Source: Chloroflexota bacterium
GTDB lineage: Bacteria; Chloroflexota; Dehalococcoidia; UBA2979
DNA: 61,446 nt
Reading direction: 5' to 3'
NCBI GenBank assembly: GCA_947470025.1
Contig: CANIRU010000003.1
Location: 1-61,446, forward strand
This document shows positions 50,032-58,155 of the stretch, in pieces. Position numbers and translations under genes: made by a program. Position 1 is the first letter of the stretch, and each line of letters starts with the position of its first letter. The notes under the pieces were generated by a model. The model ran no database searches. It had not been told where the DNA came from and saw nothing but the letters and a program-made list of their open reading frames with translations.

Positions 50032-50436
50032 TCAGGCCTGCTGTTCGCGGCGGAGGCGCGGGACGCCATCGACGTCGCGGCGCTTGATGCGCCAGTGGCC
50101 GTCCTGCCGCACCAGCGTCAGATCGTAGCGCCCGATCATCGGCTCGCGACCCAGCTCCCGCACCATCTGGAGGTACGCCTTTGCCGTCGCTTGGTCACCG
50201 TCCCCGTCGATCACGACGTTGGCGATGAAGTGCCACATGCGGCCGACCACGGTGCCCTGCGCCATCGCGCGGATGCCCTCGACGCCGACGCGCTCGGTCC
50301 CGGCGGGGCCGGTCCAGCAGACCGCGTCCTCCGTGAAGATCTCGAGAAGGGTCGCCTCGTCGCCGCTGTCCAGCGCGAAGGCGTAGCGCGCGATGAGCTG
50401 CTGGATCGCAACGATGTCATCGGTGGGCAGGGGCAT
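50032..50436 (-). CDS. SnoaL-like / NTF2-fold protein, paralog of 25169..25615
   Basis: IQQLIARYAFALD, HFIANVVIDGDGDQATA and GRYD.TLVR..GHWRI motifs; ATG follows GGAGG. Confidence 0.85.
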   Translation of the reverse strand: MPLPTDDIVAIQQLIARYAFALDSGDEATLLEIFTEDAVCWTGPAGTERVGVEGIRAMAQGTVVGRMWHFIANVVIDGDGDQATAKAYLQMVRELGREPMIGRYDLTLVRQDGHWRIKRRDVDGVPRLRREQQA

Positions 50437-50516
50437 GTCAGCGTCCTCCGTGTTGTCGGCACGCTCGGGCGCGCGTCGATCGGTTCGTCGGCGGGTGTGC
50501 GTGGATGGCCCATGAA

Positions 50517-50551
50517 CAGTACTGGCCTCCAGTAGTTGGAGGCCAGTACTG
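50517..50551. promoter_or_regulatory. Perfect 15-bp inverted repeat (operator or terminator)
   Basis: cagtactggcctcca-gtagt-tggaggccagtactg. Confidence 0.45.
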
Positions 50552-50703
50552 ATACGACCAGGTCTGTTCGGATCATCCACGTTAGGCTGCGTACACGGCG
50601 CCACTTCACGATGAACGTCTTGGTCCGGGCTGCCGCCGCCCGCTCCTCGAGCCCATGGGCCAGGTGAGCGTCGGCGGCAATCGCCCTCAATGCAGTCTGG
50701 CGA

Positions 50704-52314
50704 CTACTTGATCTTCGGGTCGACGTAGATGGCGAGCAGTTGCCCATCCTCGACGAGCTCCGGCTCGGTCGCGGAGATCAAGCGGTGCGACTGGACGACC
50801 GCGAGGAACCAGCCGTCGCCGAGCACTGAGGAAGCGTCAATGATGCCAGACGACTCTTCGTCCTGCGTCTGGAACAGGGCCGTCCGGAACAGCGGCTCGA
50901 AGAAGACGGGGTTGTGGTAGGCCACCTCGACGAAGTTCTTGGAGTCGATGCCGTACATCCACACGCGCGAGATGCGCGGGTCGTTACCGGGATCCTCCTG
51001 CAACATGATGCGGCCGAGCGCGTCTATCGCCATGTTGTCGAGCATGCGGTGCCCTTCGGCGCCCTTCAGGAGCACCGTGAGCGTGCCGCCCTTCTCCGGG
51101 GCGTCGAGGTCATCGAACTTCAGGTTCCAGAGCCGGCTGTTCGTGGTGACGTTGGCCGTCGTCACGAAGTAGAAGTTGCCCTTGTTCGCAACGCGCGGGT
51201 CCCACGCGCCGTCCTCGATTCGGCGGAGGCGCGCGACATTCTTCGCGATCGCATCCTTCGCGAGGGCCAGCTGGTCCATCCCGGTGACGTCGCCGCCGGT
51301 GCCGAGCTCGACCAGCTCGAAGCGAGCGCTGCCCACGTAGCCGCTGGCCGCGTCGCCGAGCGCGAAATCGTTGCTCTCCTCGGCGATGAAGCCGCCGGCC
51401 TTCGGTAGCCGCACACCGTAGAGCTTGCCGTTCGTCAGTCCGGCGCGCTCGATCTCGCTCCCGGTCTCCTGCTTCGTGCCGATGTAGAGGTACAACTCGC
51501 ACGGGTTGTTCTCGGGCACGGGAGCCGTGTTGAGATTCCCATCCTCGAGGGCGAAGAGGATCGTCTTGTCCTTGGCGTGCGGCGTCGCGACCAGGTTCTC
51601 CCACGGGCCGCGACCCATGCGCGGCAGCTCCCACGACTCGCCCTGGTTCGAGCCGCTGGCGATGTGCGCCCACGCCCGACCGCCGTCAGTCTCCTCGCCG
51701 TTCAGGAACATGCGGGCACTGGTGCCCTTCGTGCCGTTCAGGAAGGCAGCCGGATCCGGCATGTCCGCCGCGCAGAAGCGGGTGTACACGGTCGTGCCGG
51801 CGACGTACTTCTTCGCGGCCACGTCCCAGGAGTAGACCTTGTTCGGTGAGTTGTCCTGATCCGCGCCGGAGAGGACCTTCAGCGTTGTGCGCCCGATGGT
51901 CCAGCGGGAGACAAACGCACCCTTCGACCCGTGCTTGCGGGCCGTGCCGGCGCTCGCGCCCGCGAGTTCGTGGTTCATCAGCAGGGTGAACGTGTCAGTG
52001 CCGGGGATGATCCCAAGACCGTCCGGGATGCCCACCATGCGGTAGCCGTCGTCGGCGGGCTTGTCGCCGACGGTGAGGAGCGCGGTGATGTCCACGCCAT
52101 TACGGGAGGGAAGCAGGTACGGCATGACCGTGGTGCCGGGGCCGATATTCGTCGCCGCCGACGCGGTTCGCACGCCGCCGGGGAGCATGCCGTTCAGCAA
52201 TGCAAGACCCGCTGCTCCCACCGCGCCCCGGAGGAGAGTGCGGCGCGACAGTCGCGACGAGGACGAGGAGGTCTGGCCCGTGGGGTCCGCAGGCGATGAG
52301 TAGTGAGATGACAC
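50704..52314 (-). CDS. Tat-exported PhoX/DUF839-like alkaline phosphatase family protein
   Basis: SRRTLLRG Tat signal; MVGIPDGLG, LMNHE, GPWEN, RIEDGAWDP, LDNMA and QEDPG motifs; GTG start inferred. Confidence 0.72.
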   Translation of the reverse strand: MSSHYSSPADPTGQTSSSSSRLSRRTLLRGAVGAAGLALLNGMLPGGVRTASAATNIGPGTTVMPYLLPSRNGVDITALLTVGDKPADDGYRMVGIPDGLGIIPGTDTFTLLMNHELAGASAGTARKHGSKGAFVSRWTIGRTTLKVLSGADQDNSPNKVYSWDVAAKKYVAGTTVYTRFCAADMPDPAAFLNGTKGTSARMFLNGEETDGGRAWAHIASGSNQGESWELPRMGRGPWENLVATPHAKDKTILFALEDGNLNTAPVPENNPCELYLYIGTKQETGSEIERAGLTNGKLYGVRLPKAGGFIAEESNDFALGDAASGYVGSARFELVELGTGGDVTGMDQLALAKDAIAKNVARLRRIEDGAWDPRVANKGNFYFVTTANVTTNSRLWNLKFDDLDAPEKGGTLTVLLKGAEGHRMLDNMAIDALGRIMLQEDPGNDPRISRVWMYGIDSKNFVEVAYHNPVFFEPLFRTALFQTQDEESSGIIDASSVLGDGWFLAVVQSHRLISATEPELVEDGQLLAIYVDPKIK

Positions 52315-52559
52315 CTTCGCTCCGATTAGTAAGAAGACACAAGACAATTCTTGTGACGCATCATTTCGGAGCTCGATAAAGGTTCGGTTATGAAGAGGTC
52401 GACCTGACGTTAAGACCAACGTCATCGGCCCGGTGACCCTGCACACGGCAATGCTCGCCATCCAGAGGCGCGCAGCGGGGATCAGCGACCCACCCGCTGC
52501 TGGAGTGCGGCCAACCGGACCGTCGATCCAGAGGTCCCCGAGCGGTCGCGAGGGCTGCG

Positions 52560-53453
52560 CTAGCGGAAGTGCGAGGCGACCTCGGCCATGAAGCGGTCGC
52601 AGGTGTCCTTCTTCTCCGCGAGATCGGCGAGGTTGAAATCTGCGATGCAGATCTCGTCGGCACCGGCCTCGCGGTAGCGCTCCACGGTGTCGCGCAGCTC
52701 CTGAGCGTTGCCGATCATCGCCGCCGGTCGGCCCTTGGAGCGCTCGACCTGCCCCGGGCTGTCCGAGAAGGCGACGAGCGTCTGCACGGACACGTGGATC
52801 TCGGACGGGTCTCGCCCGGCGTCGGCGCAGTGCTTCTTGAGCACCTCGACCTTGTGCGCGAAGACGTCCGGCGGTACCTGCGCGTTCCACTCCTGCGCGT
52901 AGCGCGCGACGGTGCGCAGGGTCCGCTGCTCACCGGTGCCGCCGATCAGCAACGGCAGCGGCTTCTGCACCGGGGGCGGGGAGAAGGGCGCGTTGTCCAA
53001 CTGGTAGTACTTCCCGTTGAACGTCGTGCGCTCGTTCCGGAAGAGGCTGGTGATCACCGCCGCCGCTTCCTCGAGGCGACCCGACCGCTCGCCGAGCGTG
53101 TAGTAGGGAATGCCGTAGGCCTTGTGCTCGTTCTCCTGCCACCCCGCGCCGAGTCCGAGGATGAAGCGCCCGCCCGAGATCACATCGATCTGGGCGGCCA
53201 TCTTCGCGTGGATCGCCGGATGTCGCAGCGTGTTCCCGACCACGATCGTGCCCAGCCGGACGCGCGGTACGAGGGCAGCGAGCGCCGCCGTGACCGTCCA
53301 GCACTCGCCGATGAGACCCTCGCCAGACGGCGTGTTGTTCATCAGATGGTCGGCGATCCAGAGGCCGTCCCAGCCCGTCTGCTCCGCGTGCTGACTGAGT
53401 TCCACGACCTCCTGGAACGACCAGTGCAAGCGCGGCTTCAAGCTGAACAACAT
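52560..53453 (-). CDS. LLM-class F420-dependent oxidoreductase
   Basis: GWDGLWIADH, ECWTVTAALA, DVISGGRFILGLGAGWQENEH and IGGTGEQRTL motifs. Confidence 0.9.
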   Translation of the reverse strand: MLFSLKPRLHWSFQEVVELSQHAEQTGWDGLWIADHLMNNTPSGEGLIGECWTVTAALAALVPRVRLGTIVVGNTLRHPAIHAKMAAQIDVISGGRFILGLGAGWQENEHKAYGIPYYTLGERSGRLEEAAAVITSLFRNERTTFNGKYYQLDNAPFSPPPVQKPLPLLIGGTGEQRTLRTVARYAQEWNAQVPPDVFAHKVEVLKKHCADAGRDPSEIHVSVQTLVAFSDSPGQVERSKGRPAAMIGNAQELRDTVERYREAGADEICIADFNLADLAEKKDTCDRFMAEVASHFR

Positions 53454-53554
53454 GGGGGCGACTCCTACCTCATCCGTCGTGTCGAGTACGGTCGTGATGG
53501 TAGCGCCCGGATCAATCTCGCGGGATGTGCGGGTCTGCGACTAGCCTACGGCGA

Positions 53555-54472
53555 TCAGCGCACCCGCTGCTGCGCCAGGTCCACGACCTGCTCTGCGATC
53601 AGCCCCAGCATCGCGAACGCGCGGTCGTGCACACGCGTCGCCTCGAGATCCGGCGCGTTGTACCAGTCGAGCACCACATAGCTCGCACCGAGCTCCTGCA
53701 GACCGCGCAGGTCTTCGTGGATCTGCTCCAGTGTGCCGGTCCCCGGTGCCCGGTCGGGTGTCGTGATCGGCTCCGCCGTCACCTGCATCCGGATGCGCGG
53801 CACCAGCGCCGGGACCGGCATGCCGAGACGGCTCGCCTCGGCCTGTAGTGCTGGCAACCGCTCGCGCAGCGCCGCGACCGACTGGTTGATCGGATGCCAG
53901 CCGGCCCCGAAGCGCACCGCGCGCTTGATCGCGCCGTCGCTCGTGCCGCCCACCCAGATCGGCGGATGCGGCGACTGACTGGTCCTCATCACCGACACCT
54001 GCTCGAAGTTGATGTGCGCACCCTGGTAGGTCACCGCATCGTCGCCCGTCCACAGCGCGCGGATCGCGTCGAGCGCCTCGTTCGACCATGCGCCTCGACG
54101 GTGGTGCGGGACGCCGAGCGCGGCGAACTCGTCAGCAGCGTGCCCGATCCCCACACCGAAGATCACCCGCCCGCCACTGAGCCGATCGAGGTTCGCGACC
54201 TCGCGTGCCAGCAGAATCGGGTGCCGGTACGGCAGCACGATGACCGTGGTGCCGAGATCGACGCGCGTCGTCTGGCCGGCAAGCCACGCCAGCGTCATCA
54301 GCGGATCGAAGTAGGGCTCCGGGTATCGCAGCGAGACGGTCGGCGTGATCGCCACGTGATCTGCGATGAAGATGCCGTGATAGCCGAGGCCCTCGACGAC
54401 CTGGCCCCATCGACCGATCGACTCCGGGGACACGCCCGGACCGAAGTTCAGCAGGTTGATACCGACCTTCAT
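53555..54472 (-). CDS. LLM-class F420-dependent oxidoreductase (Rv2161c-like)
   Basis: IADHVA, DPLMTLAWLAG, LDRLSGGRVIFGVG and PPIWVGG motifs. Confidence 0.9.
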   Translation of the reverse strand: MKVGINLLNFGPGVSPESIGRWGQVVEGLGYHGIFIADHVAITPTVSLRYPEPYFDPLMTLAWLAGQTTRVDLGTTVIVLPYRHPILLAREVANLDRLSGGRVIFGVGIGHAADEFAALGVPHHRRGAWSNEALDAIRALWTGDDAVTYQGAHINFEQVSVMRTSQSPHPPIWVGGTSDGAIKRAVRFGAGWHPINQSVAALRERLPALQAEASRLGMPVPALVPRIRMQVTAEPITTPDRAPGTGTLEQIHEDLRGLQELGASYVVLDWYNAPDLEATRVHDRAFAMLGLIAEQVVDLAQQRVR

Positions 54473-54639
54473 CGGTGATCTCCAAATCGGCGCGGCGTGT
54501 GCTTGTGGCGGGAGTGCGTGGGTGTCGAACCCACCCGGGACCGCGACGCGGCCCCGCAACGGTTTTGAAGACCGCGGACATCACCGGACACCATCCACTC
54601 CCGCCCGGATGATAGCGGGAGGCGGGACCCTGGGGTGCG

Positions 54640-55914
54640 CTACGGCTGGGCGACGAAGCTCATCATGCCGCCCGCGTAGGTCAGCGTGAGCGCGCTCCCG
54701 TTCTGCGTGTACTGCTGCACTTTGGCGAGCTGCGCGAGGTACGTCGTTTCCATGCTCTCGAACGGCGGGCAGGCGCGGAGCGTGCCGCCCTGCATCGTGA
54801 CGGTGAGCGCGCTGCCCGCCGTTGTGTACTTGCCGAAGTACGAATTGCAGTCCGTCGAGGTGCCGGCCGAGCCGTCCGCGTTCAACGACAGCACCGTGTC
54901 GCCGGCGGTCCTCGGCATCACGGTCGTGGCGCCCTCGACCGTCGAGGTCCAGCGCCACTTACCCACGATCGAGGTCGGCGCCGGGGACGGGGGCACGGCG
55001 ACCAGCACCAGCGCGACGTTGCGCGTCGCGGCCGCGTCGGTCAGCACGCGGACGGCGGTGTCCGTGGTGAAGCGGAGCACACCGTCGATGCGGATCTCCG
55101 CACGCACGGTGTACGTGCGGTTCGCGACGATGTCCGCGGGGCGGTAGAACAGCCGGAACGACAGCGGGATCTGCTCGCCGTTCGTGCGGATCGTCTGTGA
55201 CGCCAGCGGGCTCGCGGCGACGTCCGCCTTCGACGTGTCGAGGAGGTCGACGCGCACCATCGCGCCCACGGGCAGCGCGATCTTCTCGAGGTAGCCCACC
55301 GTGCCGATCACGGTATTGATCGAGGTCCCGGTGCAGCCCTCGTGCGTGGTGACGCCGTTCTGCTGGATCGTGGCGTCGGCGCCCTTGCTCAGGTAGAGGA
55401 TCGATCCGTCCGCGCTGACGTGACGTGTGCCGGATCCGGAGATCGTCTGCTTCAGCTCCACCGCGTGGCCCTCGAGTTCCAGGATCACGCGGTCGCCCGG
55501 CACCTGCTGCACGTGCGCGATGAACGAGCGCCCCGCGGCGCATGCGTACTGCACGATGTTCACGGCGTACGGGCTGCGGTCACCGCAGAGCACGAAGAAC
55601 GAGCTGTTCGCGCGCAGCACCGGGAAGCTCGCATTCGCGAACGCGGGCGCGCCCGCCGCGTACAGCCGCGCCGTCCCGTTGTCGTTCGCCACCAGCGACA
55701 CCGCCTCGCACCCGGCGAGGGCGAGCGAGGCATCGACCTCCGCCGCGGGGGCGTCGCGTGTCACGTTCAGTAGCGCGATCGTCGGTGTGGTGGGCACGGT
55801 GCCCGTGATCAGCGGCGCTGGCGCGCTCGGCGGCACGGTCTGCGCCCGCGCCACCCTCCCGGAGAGCGCAAACATCGTCGCCACCAGTGCCACGATCACG
55901 ATGTATGCGCGCAT
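54640..55914 (-). CDS. Secreted multidomain protein: unnamed N-domain, MliC-like, YbaY-like and META/HslJ domains
   Basis: Signal peptide (ARA-Q). YAC...LKQTISGSGTRH...LSKGADA...C (MliC-like); GTVGYLEKIALP...LLDTSKAD...YTVRAEI (YbaY-like); STDCNSYFG.Y...GTLRAC (META). Confidence 0.75.
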   Translation of the reverse strand: MRAYIVIVALVATMFALSGRVARAQTVPPSAPAPLITGTVPTTPTIALLNVTRDAPAAEVDASLALAGCEAVSLVANDNGTARLYAAGAPAFANASFPVLRANSSFFVLCGDRSPYAVNIVQYACAAGRSFIAHVQQVPGDRVILELEGHAVELKQTISGSGTRHVSADGSILYLSKGADATIQQNGVTTHEGCTGTSINTVIGTVGYLEKIALPVGAMVRVDLLDTSKADVAASPLASQTIRTNGEQIPLSFRLFYRPADIVANRTYTVRAEIRIDGVLRFTTDTAVRVLTDAAATRNVALVLVAVPPSPAPTSIVGKWRWTSTVEGATTVMPRTAGDTVLSLNADGSAGTSTDCNSYFGKYTTAGSALTVTMQGGTLRACPPFESMETTYLAQLAKVQQYTQNGSALTLTYAGGMMSFVAQP

Positions 55915-56144
55915 CTCGGTACTCCCTCGCTCAGGCTCGATTCTGCACGCGCTCTCCCGTGCCGTCTCGCCACTCACCGGCGACCTGCAGCGATTGACAC
56001 CACACTGCAACCCAGCCTTCACGGCCAAAACTGGTCCCTGCTGACCCAACGATCGAGTCACCCTCGTGGTTCCCGCGCGGTTCCGCCGGGCTTGCCTCGG
56101 CGCGGCGGGACGCACAGACTGGTCGAGGAAGCAGGAGCATCGCC

Positions 56145-56660
56145 GTGAGCATGGGTGGCCCCACCGACGAGGATCGCGCGAGCGTCTCGCCAGAGAACCT
56201 GGCGAAGATGGAGAAGTTCGTCGCCAACTTCGCGGAGAAGTCCGGCTCCTTCCTGCACCCCCAGCGCGAAATCACCGACTTCCTGGTCATCGGCCTCGCG
56301 AAGAACATCGAGGAAGTCGGCCGTCCGCTCTGCCCGTGCATGTTCTTCGAGGACAAGCAGGCAGAGGTCGAGAAGAAGTTCTGGATCTGTCCGTGCGAGG
56401 AGATGCAGCGGTGGAAGTACTGCCACTGACTGCTTTTCACCGATGCGGAAGGTCTTCCCATCACCGAATACCTGCCAGAGGACCACGAAGGCCGCGAGGC
56501 CTACGGAGATCGTCCTGACCCCGACCCCTCGAAGGGCCGTGCCCTGACGCGCCTCGAGGAGAAGCAGGGCCGCTCCGTAAACAAGGGCATCCGCGCCGAT
56601 GGCGCCGCGGGCTCCGGTAACGACGACCCTCCGCAGATCATCCCCCTCGGCGGCGGCTAG
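56145..56660 (+). CDS. ftrC: Ferredoxin-thioredoxin reductase catalytic subunit-like protein, predicted selenoprotein (Sec95 encoded by TGA 56427-56429), 171 aa
   Basis: Motifs LCPC, ICPC and YCH-TGA match the FTR CPC/CPC/CHC signature. The frame continues LLFTDAEGLPITEYLPEDHEGRE... to TAG at 56658-56660. GTG start follows AGGAG. Confidence 0.85.
56430..56462 (+). promoter_or_regulatory. Bacterial SECIS-like element
   Basis: Hairpin GAUG-(C)-GGAAG-GU-CUUCC-CAUC at 56442-56462, starting 12 nt after the UGA, with a 5' bulge and a GGUC apex. Confidence 0.75.
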
Positions 56661-56734
56661 CCCTCGGACGGTTCGAGGTGCGACGGCGCGCGGGAGCATC
56701 CTCACCGCGACGAGTCTCGTCGCGGTGGCAACGC

Positions 56735-57086
56735 GGGGCGGCCCATCCCCCTGCCCCCTTCCCTGTGCGGGAAGGGGGATGAATGGCGAGGACTCCGCCC
56801 TCGCGCTCCCACCGAAACGAGCATGCTTCGCGCCTCGGTTCCCCCGATCGCACAGCCTCACCCTGCCCTCTCCCCCTCGAAGGGGCGCGGTTTTGATGAG
56901 AGCGCCCAGCTCGCGATCGGAACTACCCCTCGGCAGCGACATCTCCATGCGGCGGTGCGAATCCCTCGCACCGACCCAACGCAGCCACATCGAGTTCCGC
57001 CGGGAGTGTGAGGGGCGCAGCTCCTCACACTTGGTTCTCTTCTTCTGACCCCTCCCGCGCCGGGAGGGGTAGGGGTGGGCCGCCCC
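56735..57086 (+). repeat. Composite inverted-REP element, copy B
   Basis: Left unit ggggcggcccatccccctgcccccttccc-tgtgc-gggaagggggatga, an internal cctcaccctgccctctcccc unit, and the 93-nt core at 56993-57085. Confidence 0.9.
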
Positions 57087-57172
57087 ACACGCCACCTCGA
57101 CAGGGCTCGCGGCGCGGACGGCGCTCCCGCTCCTGCGAGGCAATCCTCGACCTCCGGCCGCGTGGACAAGCA

Positions 57173-57200
57173 GAAGGGGCGGCCTTGCGGCCGCCCCTTC
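57173..57200 (-). terminator. trxA terminator
   Basis: gaaggggcggcc-ttgc-ggccgccccttc, 12-bp stem with GCAA loop on the minus strand. Confidence 0.75.
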
Positions 57201-57223
57201 GTGTGCTGCAGTCTCGGACGAGA

Positions 57224-57556
57224 CTAGGCGGTCGCGAGCGCCGACTCGAGGTGCTTCGCCAGGTCGCTCTTCGGGCGGAAGCCCACGACCTGACCGACCT
57301 GCTGCCCACCCTTGAAGATGAGGAGCGTCGGGATCGAGCGGATGCCGTACTTGCCGGAGACCGCCGGGTTCTCGTCCGTGTTCAGCTTCACGAACTTCAC
57401 GCGGCCGTCGTAGTCGTTCGAGAGCTCCTCGACGACCGGGGCGACCATGCGGCACGGGCCGCACCACGGCGCCCAGAAGTCCACGAGGACCGGGGTGTCG
57501 CTGTTCAGGACGTCCGCTTCAAACGTCGCGTCCGAGGTGTCCGTAGGGTGAGCCAT
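57224..57556 (-). CDS. trxA: Thioredoxin
   Basis: [19 protein letters not shown] and IRSIPTL motifs; 110 aa. Confidence 0.97.
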   Translation of the reverse strand: MAHPTDTSDATFEADVLNSDTPVLVDFWAPWCGPCRMVAPVVEELSNDYDGRVKFVKLNTDENPAVSGKYGIRSIPTLLIFKGGQQVGQVVGFRPKSDLAKHLESALATA

Positions 57557-57704
57557 GGTGGGTGGTCCTTCCTCTCCTGCGACATCGCCCGCCGCGACGC
57601 GCTTGCTGTGTAGTCGGGTCGCCGCCGGCCCCAGCCCATCCGAGGATGGCGGTTCGTCGACGGGATGCGGGTCGTCCAGCGCCGTGGAGCGTATCATCCG
57701 CTCG

Positions 57705-57761
57705 TTGACATCGGTTCTGTCCGACGAGTAACATCCTATATACCCCTACCGGGTATGTCAA
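57705..57761. promoter_or_regulatory. Overlapping divergent sigma70-type promoters with a CsoR-type operator
   Basis: Plus strand: TTGACA(57705-10)-18-TAACAT(57729-34). Minus strand: TTGACA(57761-56)-17-TAGGAT(57738-33). Palindrome ATACCC-CTACC-GGGTAT at 57740-57756. Confidence 0.75.
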
Positions 57762-57813
57762 GCCGGTCCGCCGCCCTCTCGATGGAGTGCTTGAGCCGGA
57801 GACGAGGTGCCAC

Positions 57814-58149
57814 ATGGCAGACGCCAACGACCAGCTCATCGCCCGCCTCCGCCGCATCGAGGGCCAGGTGCGTGGCATCGCCAAGATGCTCGACGACGAG
57901 CGTTCCTGTGAGGACGTGGTGACGCAGCTGATGGCAGTGCGCTCCAGCATCGACACCGTCGGCGCGGTCGTCCTCGACAGCCACCTCGCCGGGTGCGTGT
58001 CCGAACGCAGCGCGGAGCAGCAGATCGAGGCGCTCCGGGACGCGATGCGACTCTGGTGGCGCTTCGCCCCCGCGGCGGGCGGCGTCGGCGCGGATCCTGA
58101 CACCGTTGGCGCCCAGTCCCCGCTGCCGATGCCCGGCGCGACCCGCTAG
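57814..58149 (+). CDS. csoR: CsoR/RcnR-family metal-sensitive transcriptional repressor
   Basis: RLRRIEGQVRGI..M....C.DV..QL.AV, then H-L-x-x-C: the Cys/His/Cys ligand set of CsoR. Confidence 0.85.
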   Translation: MADANDQLIARLRRIEGQVRGIAKMLDDERSCEDVVTQLMAVRSSIDTVGAVVLDSHLAGCVSERSAEQQIEALRDAMRLWWRFAPAAGGVGADPDTVGAQSPLPMPGATR

Positions 58150-58155
58150 GGCGCG

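Noticed and set aside
55915-56144. Possible riboswitch (GGGACGCACAG resembles part of the c-di-GMP-I motif)
   Set aside because: The other conserved elements and pairings could not be found; an Rfam/Infernal scan would settle it.
56145-56429. FTR-like gene as a 94-aa truncated protein or pseudogene
   Set aside because: The stop falls exactly on a conserved Cys position, the frame continues for 76 codons, and a SECIS-like hairpin follows. A sequencing error still needs to be excluded.
56427-56429. Genome-wide TGA reassignment (Trp or Gly)
   Set aside because: TGA clearly terminates other genes here, including ATGA overlaps at 3298, 15883, 39843, 47413 and 59178.
56599-57169. Short ORFs sharing peptides such as PSPCPLP..GRG and CEELRPSHSRRN (also near 31661-32335, 42647-43561, 60013-60495)
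   Set aside because: The shared peptides are translations of the non-coding repeat family, not a protein family.
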